From Mytilus californianus (lineage: Eukaryota), in contig NW_026262581.1 of the NCBI RefSeq assembly GCF_021869535.1, forward strand, positions 109,988,001 to 110,052,000: a stretch of DNA of 64,000 nucleotides, in the 5' to 3' direction. The notes beneath the pieces were generated by a model. That model was not told the DNA's origin. It did no database searches and saw only the letters and a list, made by a program, of their open reading frames with translations. Within the stretch, counting starts at the first letter, position 1. Each line of letters opens with the position of its first letter. Both the position numbers and the translations under genes were made by a program. Below, piece after piece: positions 58,701 through 64,000 of this stretch.

Positions 58701-61700
58701 ACATGAATTGAGTGCAAAACTTTATAAATTTGTAAATATTTTAAATATTTGTTTCAGAATCAGATGGTGTACACAAGTTTAAGGGTAAATTTATGGCTAT
58801 TTGTAGTTTTACAATGTCATGTGTTTGTGCGCTGACTCCTGCAGGTGCTTCACCTTACTGTCATTTAGGTGATGGAACAACTGATCTCATGCTGGTACAG
58901 GAATGCTCAAGGTTTAATTTTTTGAAACATTTGATGAGGGTGGCTGACAGAACAGCTGATCAGGTAACTTTAATATCAAATAGTACAACCTTCCTAATAT
59001 TTTCGCCAAAATTATAGATATACCAGTAATTATAATTAGATTAAAAGAACAATAGGTATTTGTTAAGATGAGGTCTTTCTGTATAGATTTAACCAGTAAA
59101 ATCTTAAACCCCTCCCCCTCCCTCCCCTCCCTACACGCAAGTTTTGAGCATGGAAGTATAGGAATCACCCTTTCTGTTCTTGAGTCTAACTGTCTTTCAT
59201 CTGTCTGTCTGTCATCTATTTGTCCATGTTTTTATGCAGTTTTTGGCTTAACTCATTGAAAATATTAACGCTTCATGCTGATTTTTTTGATAGATACTCA
59301 CCATCCATTGGCCAGCTGTTTGTGCAAAAAAGGTTCCACCTTAACTTGAGTACAATTCTTGCCAAATTTTTATAAAACTTATATCATAGGTTTATATCAG
59401 CAATGTTTAAGACAAGTTTTAAAATCAGTGGCAATGAATTACTTTTAAAAGAGTTATGCCCCTTGGAAATATTAGTTTTATTGAAAATTGCATTATTAGC
59501 GCTCTCAAGTGTAAAATTCTGACACTTATATCATAGGTTTATATTAGTAATGTCTCGGACATGTGTGAAAATCAGTGCTAATCAATTATTTTAAAAGAGT
59601 TATGAACCTTGGAAATTTATATTGAAAATTGCATTGTAAGTGCTCTCATGTGTTTAATTCTTGCCAGATTGTTAAGAAATTTATATCAGCAATGTCTTTG
59701 ACAAGTTCTAAAATCAGTGCTGATCAATTTTAATGTCCCGCCATAGGCAATGGGGGCATTAAGTGTTACCCTTGACGTCCGTCTTTCCCTCCGTCCTTCC
59801 ATCCATCCCATTTTTGTTTCCGCAGTCTAACTTAAGTTTTCCTCATCCAAATTTTATGAAACTCATACAAATGCTAAGAACCCAAACATGCAGACAGAGT
59901 ATAAATTTGGGCAGTGAGTCACTTGCCATTCTAGAGTAATGCCCCTTTATAACTTGGAAAATTGAAAAGCTTGAGTGGGGGCATTTGTGTCCATGACACA
60001 TTTTTCTTTAATTTTTAAAGAGTTATGCCTCTTGGAAATATTGATTATATGGGAAGTTGCATTTTTAGTGCTCTCATATGTACAATTCTTGCCAGATATT
60101 TATTAAAATTAATATCAAATGTTTATATTGGCAAAGTCTCACAAAAAAAAATTTGAAAATCAGTGCCCATCAGGCCTGAGAAAGTTATTTCGTAGTGCAT
60201 TTCTTTTAGACAAAAAACGCAAATTCAAAAAACAGCACCCGCTCTATCCAAAAAAGATTGTTACAATGTAGTGTACTACTTTTGGGACAAATTATATCAA
60301 AATTATAGAAAAGTCTATTGGCTCTAACTCAAAATATGGACAATTTTATGTTAACGGGGTCTGTAATTCAGTTTGACAGCTTCAGGCATGGTAATTTGTG
60401 ACCTTTTCAAACTGGACCAAATCACTACTTTACCTAACAATTCATGCCCCAAATTTTGTATGCCCCCGCCGAAGCGAAGGGGCATTAAGTTTTACCCTTG
60501 TCCGTACGTCCCTAAGTTGGTTTCCGTTCTCTAACTTTAGTTTGCCTAAACCAAATGTTATGAAACTTTTTGAATTTTGGTGGCGTCACTTTTACCGTTC
60601 TAGAGTTATGCCCCTTTACAAATGGAAAAATTGCTGAATTTTTCGTTTCCGTTCTTTAACTTTAGTTTACCTCAACCAAATATTATGAAACTTATACACA
60701 ATGCTTATTACCACAAAACACAGATCAAATTTGAATTTTGGTGGCGTCACTTTAACGGACCTTTAACAATTTTTAAAAGAATTCAGTTCCTTGGAAATAT
60801 TAATTGTATGGAAAATTGCCTTTTTAGAGATTTCAAACCTTCATTTCTCTAAGATATTTATAAAAAGTCTTAAAGAATTTTTTTTTAGTTATTGTCCTTG
60901 GACAGATAAAATATTTGCATCGTGGGGAACAATGGAACTCTGTTCTTTTATTATATTTTGTATAACTATTACTACCTCAAGTTGGTATTTTTAAAACCTA
61001 TCTGTATTCAAAATGATATACATTGTAATGTATTACCAATGATTTCTCAAATTAGATAGGTGGGAGATAACTGTGTCATCAACTGTACTAGTGCACGTTC
61101 AATTTAACATTTGAGTGTTTCTAAAAAATAAATCTATAATTTGTAATATCCTGTAGTTGTAGTCTACTCCATAGTCACTTACCTAAAGATGTACTATCAC
61201 TAAAATATCCTATGTCTTAAAACCCCTAAACATTATGTATTTATTATAATTTGATCGTATTTTGTCATTACAGTTTGATTTTGACTTCATTAAAATTTAC
61301 CGAGTGAAAGAATTTAGTTTTCGTCCCTTTCCTGAACATGAAGAAGAACAAAAGGAGGATACAGCATCAGGAGGAATTAAACATTCCAAACTTCCCTCAT
61401 CTAGAATGAAGACAAGTGTATGGAATTGTGATGGTGAAGTTATAGCACACCCTTCATTACAAGTCAGGTCAGATTATAATCATACAGTTCTATTAGATAA
61501 AATAAATGGAATTAATTTTCTGTTGTCATGATGTTCTAATTTGTAGTCGTAAATATCCTTTTTCTACACTTTTTCTCTGTAATGCCAGAATCAATTGGTT
61601 AATATTGTGGTATTTAGTCACATCATAAAAAGTAACAAGATTTAGCTATGTTCAAATTGACTGATTTTTGCAGAAGTTGTTGCTCTTGGACAAAGAAAAC

Positions 61701-62516
61701 TTCTAGAAAATATTAGTATTACCCACATTTTGACTTTTGTGCTGGAATAAGTTGATTACTATTTGGAATATAGTCATGTCATTAGAAGTTACAGATCAAG
61801 ATTGAGTTTTTTCCTGGTTAAAGATTTAAATAGAAGTTCATATGGTTCTTGGACATAGAAAAGATCAGTGACTGCACCTTGTGATTTACCATGCCTACAA
61901 TAGAAGCTGGGATTATGTTTTCGGGTCTATGCATTCATCCATTAGTATGTTTGTCTGTCCTGTATCATGTTAAAGTTTTGGTTTATTTAAGGTAATTTAC
62001 CATAAAGTTATTATCATATCTAATACAAACTTAGTACATATGTTTGTTATGATATAAACTTTTTAGAATACATGCCAAATTAGGGCTTTTACTGAGATTT
62101 GACTGTTCACTGAACATACACAGTTGGTGGTGTGAGTGGGGCATGGTTCCCTATGGACATATATTCTTGTTTTGTAATGCCTGTATCAAATCAATTAGAT
62201 ATTTTTTTTAAAGTCGTATCATATGAAGTGACCACACAATATTGAGTCACGTTCCGGTTGAGTGATTTTGCTGAAGTTTTGTCCCTATAACATAGAAACA
62301 GCAAAATCAAACAAGTTTAATAGCAAATACTTATTATTTAACCTGCAAAAAAATTAAGTCATTGTTGATAAAAGAAATTGACACCAATTTTTTAATTTTT
62401 TCAGAGTACATTGTCAGCTTGTAAAGCTATTTGGACGAGGTATAGAAGTGATGGAATCAAAACATATGTGTACTTGTTGTTGTTCTCTAGGAGAATTACC
62501 ACCAGATACTCCATGA
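37753..62516 (+). CDS. CERK: Ceramide kinase, 558 aa; join(37753..37900,42325..42609,44592..44720,45414..45477,47196..47338,48129..48203,55525..55677,56154..56259,56941..57002,58758..58963,61274..61467,62405..62516)
   Basis: 12 GT-AG exons sum to 1677 nt in one frame. PH-like N-terminus ending ...CSQWVRNINDAL, then RPKHLLVFVNPYGG, VVCVGGDGMFSELLNG, GIIPAGSTD, GYYGD...SEKNRWMGPKRY, CxxxCxxC (CLNECNTC), HLGDGTTDL, SVWNCDGE and RVHCQLVKLFGRGIE. These are hallmark CERK motifs. Confidence 0.95.
39160..39250. repeat. Short tandem repeat of ~20-nt alternating units
   Basis: acaatggcggggatcatttg / acgatggcggaagataattta repeated, about 4.5 units. Confidence 0.7.
40726..41010. repeat. Diverged local tandem duplication (~170-bp spacing)
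   Basis: 'ttgtag..tgtaagcaattt.tacatctgcc.t.tatccacttcctgtt.gcaga.agtttgaaatttt...tgtacaaggaaaatttt' occurs twice. Confidence 0.75.
41163..41792. repeat. Well-preserved ~630-bp copy of an abundant interspersed repeat (CERK intron 1)
   Basis: Starts aataaaattgagaatggaaatggggaatgtgtcaaagagacaacaacccgacc; inverted partial copy at 23600-23742. I recognise it as a Mytilus-type repeat; class uncertain. Confidence 0.75.
42936..43177. repeat. Recent 120-bp tandem duplication
   Basis: Two near-identical units starting at 42936 and 43056. Confidence 0.9.
43199..44210 (+). mobile_element. HINE/pearl-type element (CERK intron 2)
   Basis: T-rich flanks, 5' atgcccccgc subTIR with a short IR, gtac/gtcc microsatellite, tandem units, 3' gcgggggcat and the palindrome gtgtccacatgtggacac. 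Confidence 0.85.
45853..46984 (+). mobile_element. HINE/pearl-type element with ~4 x 161-bp tandem units (CERK intron 4)
   Basis: Same termini as 43199..44210; unit starts at 45954, 46115, 46276, 46437. Confidence 0.9.
48473..49294. mobile_element. hAT-type MITE, 822 bp
   Basis: 13-bp perfect TIR cagggttggcaaa, perfect 8-bp TSD gtgcaggg (48465-72, 49295-302), subterminal cccagtatt/aatactggg and cccggg motifs. Confidence 0.9.
49398..51345 (+). mobile_element. HINE-type element with internal tandem array (~50320-51140)
   Basis: subTIRs atacgacc.c / gcggtcgtat, gtc microsatellite, repeated 'ggggttctttgatatgctgaatctaa.catgtatttagatttt' units, T-rich flanks. Confidence 0.8.
52505..53851. mobile_element. 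Non-autonomous TIR DNA element (hAT-like ends), 1347 bp
   Basis: TIR cagtgttctccccag vs cagtgttctcaccag (14/15). The host motif ggttcATTGActttgaaa is split with ATTGA duplicated. Confidence 0.8.
53553..53582. mobile_element. 30-bp palindromic mini-element with perfect 7-bp TSD
   Basis: ctagaac|cagagacatata-ttgtat-tatatgtctctg|ctagaac. Confidence 0.8.
57456..57775 (-). mobile_element. Penelope-like element tail fragment (CERK intron 9)
   Basis: High similarity to 21092-21420. Confidence 0.8.
59270..60180 (+). mobile_element. Degenerate HINE-type tandem array with a second HINE (59733..60005) nested in it
   Basis: Repeated 'aaaatcagtg...ttttaaaagagttatg.cccttggaaat..attgaaaattgcatt' units. 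The inner element has atgtcccgcc...gggggcattaag and gtggggcatttgtgtccatgacaca ends. Confidence 0.65.
60458..60750 (+). mobile_element. 5' portion of the HINE family seen at 43199 and 45853 (3'-truncated)
   Basis: atgcccccgccgaagcgaaggggcattaagttttacccttgtccgt followed by partial 161-bp units. Confidence 0.8.
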
Positions 62517-64000
62517 TATACACCAACATATACACAAGAATAGTATACATAGTATACATCCATGCCAAACAGTTAAAAATCATCAGTGATATGCAGGACA
62601 TATTAAGTCCCAAAAAATGTTTTAAAATACAACTATGGATATTTTTATGACATAGTTTGTGGAAAAAATTACTTTGTTAAATTATTTCTAAGGTAGTAAT
62701 TATGTTAATCAAGAAAAAGTTTTAAAAAGAAAAATCTGTCATCTTTGTTTGAAGGTGCTTTTTATGTTGTTAATAAATGACAGTATACTAGAAGACATGA
62801 AAGGATGAAAATGTGTATTTAAGATTAAGGTTTTTTTGGGTAAAGACAGTAAATCTTATGCTTTCAAGCCTTTCATGTTATAAATATTTTCTTTAATTCA
62901 ACTATGACAAGTTTGACTTTATACTGGATGTCATTTTCAACAACAATGTGCATACATAATCACTTTTTAGATTCTCAAACCCAGCCACCATTAATTTACT
63001 TTCCAAAGTTTTAAACTTATTACTTGCAAATATTCAAATTCTTACACTTGTGACTATTTTCTTTAAATGATAAGCATGCAAAGGTCCAGAATTTGGTGAT
63101 TTTAACATTAAAGTGTTAGGTATAAACAAGTAGATGTCCTTAAAAAAAAAATGCTGTTAAATCAGCTCTAAAAATCTTTAATAGGCAGAAAAGTCTATAG
63201 ATACCAAAAAAATAGTACACATGAGAGATTCCTGATATTTTGGAGCAGCTGTCTAATCCTATTTGTATAGTAGCATGGTTAAGCCTTCCACCTTTACACA
63301 AATATCTGCACCTGGTTTTTTTACCTTTTTTTTAACTGAAAAGTATCGCCACTGGAAATTTTTGTAAGAAAATACTATTATTTATATTTCCAATATGTCT
63401 TATGTATTAGAGATGTTGTTTTATTCTTATTTATCCTATACCCTTAAGTTCTTTACCCCAAAAGTTATCGTCAGTTTAGTATTGGTTGATGAAATAAACT
63501 TTAAATGTGATGAGAATAGTCACAAGGGTAAAAACAAATTAGATTATATGAAATTAAATATCTTTTAAGAAATTTACATGTAAACAGTTCTTCAAAATAG
63601 TTGATGACATTACTGTTAAATCAAATAAATTTGTAAAAAAAGTTTACCATTAATTTCTTTGATCCATTGGTCATTATATAAACCCTTTTATTGTATCTGT
63701 GTTTCTATTTAAGTAAGAACAAACCACCAAAACTAACTGTAAAAACCAAATACTTGCAATTATGAAGAGAACATAAGTAGCCATTTAAAAGTGTAGGAAC
63801 AAATGGTAGATAGTAAATGAAAATTTTAATAATCCATTTAGATGTGTTTCATTTTTTTTTCAATGTTTTAAGGACAATTACTCATATCATTAAGTACTAA
63901 TAAAAAACATTGATTGAATGGTAGATTCTTTAATCAGTGGCCTTTTTTTTTTAATTCATGTCCAGTCTTCTAGTACATCAAGTAAAGCACTGATCTTATT

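Noticed and set aside
62411-62650. 79-aa + ORF at the CERK 3' end
   Set aside because: Alternative frame; the CERK frame is fixed by the phase-2 junction and stops at 62516.

Overview
AT-rich eukaryotic genomic DNA with spliceosomal introns. The repeat families resemble those I associate with bivalves, most likely a Mytilus mussel; this is inferred from repeat recognition, not a database hit. Four intron-containing protein-coding genes were reconstructed by hand with frame-consistent splice junctions. (1) + strand UPF0489/C5orf22-family protein with an N-terminal signal anchor (4 coding exons, 3189-9759, ~517 aa). (2) - strand uncharacterised coiled-coil protein 'gene A' (6 exons, 18993-11756, ~507 aa, probable GC-AG intron). 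(3) - strand uncharacterised coiled-coil protein 'gene B' (3 coding exons, 31308-24463, ~235 aa). (4) + strand ceramide kinase (12 exons, 37753-62516, 558 aa), divergent from gene B. Introns and spacers are packed with non-autonomous elements: Helentron-associated (HINE/pearl-type) elements with internal tandem arrays, hAT- and Harbinger-type MITEs with TSDs, SINEs and degraded Penelope-like retroelements. The most notable oddities are the membrane-anchored arginase/deacetylase-fold UPF0489 paralogue, minimal type I hammerhead ribozyme motifs (one nearly intact and sense-oriented in an intron, plus a decayed retrozyme-like tandem array), an inverted ~0.8 kb duplication bracketing gene A in which one copy has gained two fold-back palindromes, and 30-79 bp palindromic insertions with target-site duplications. 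No CRISPR array, rRNA or convincing functional tRNA was seen. Repeat boundaries are approximate unless TIR/TSD coordinates are given.
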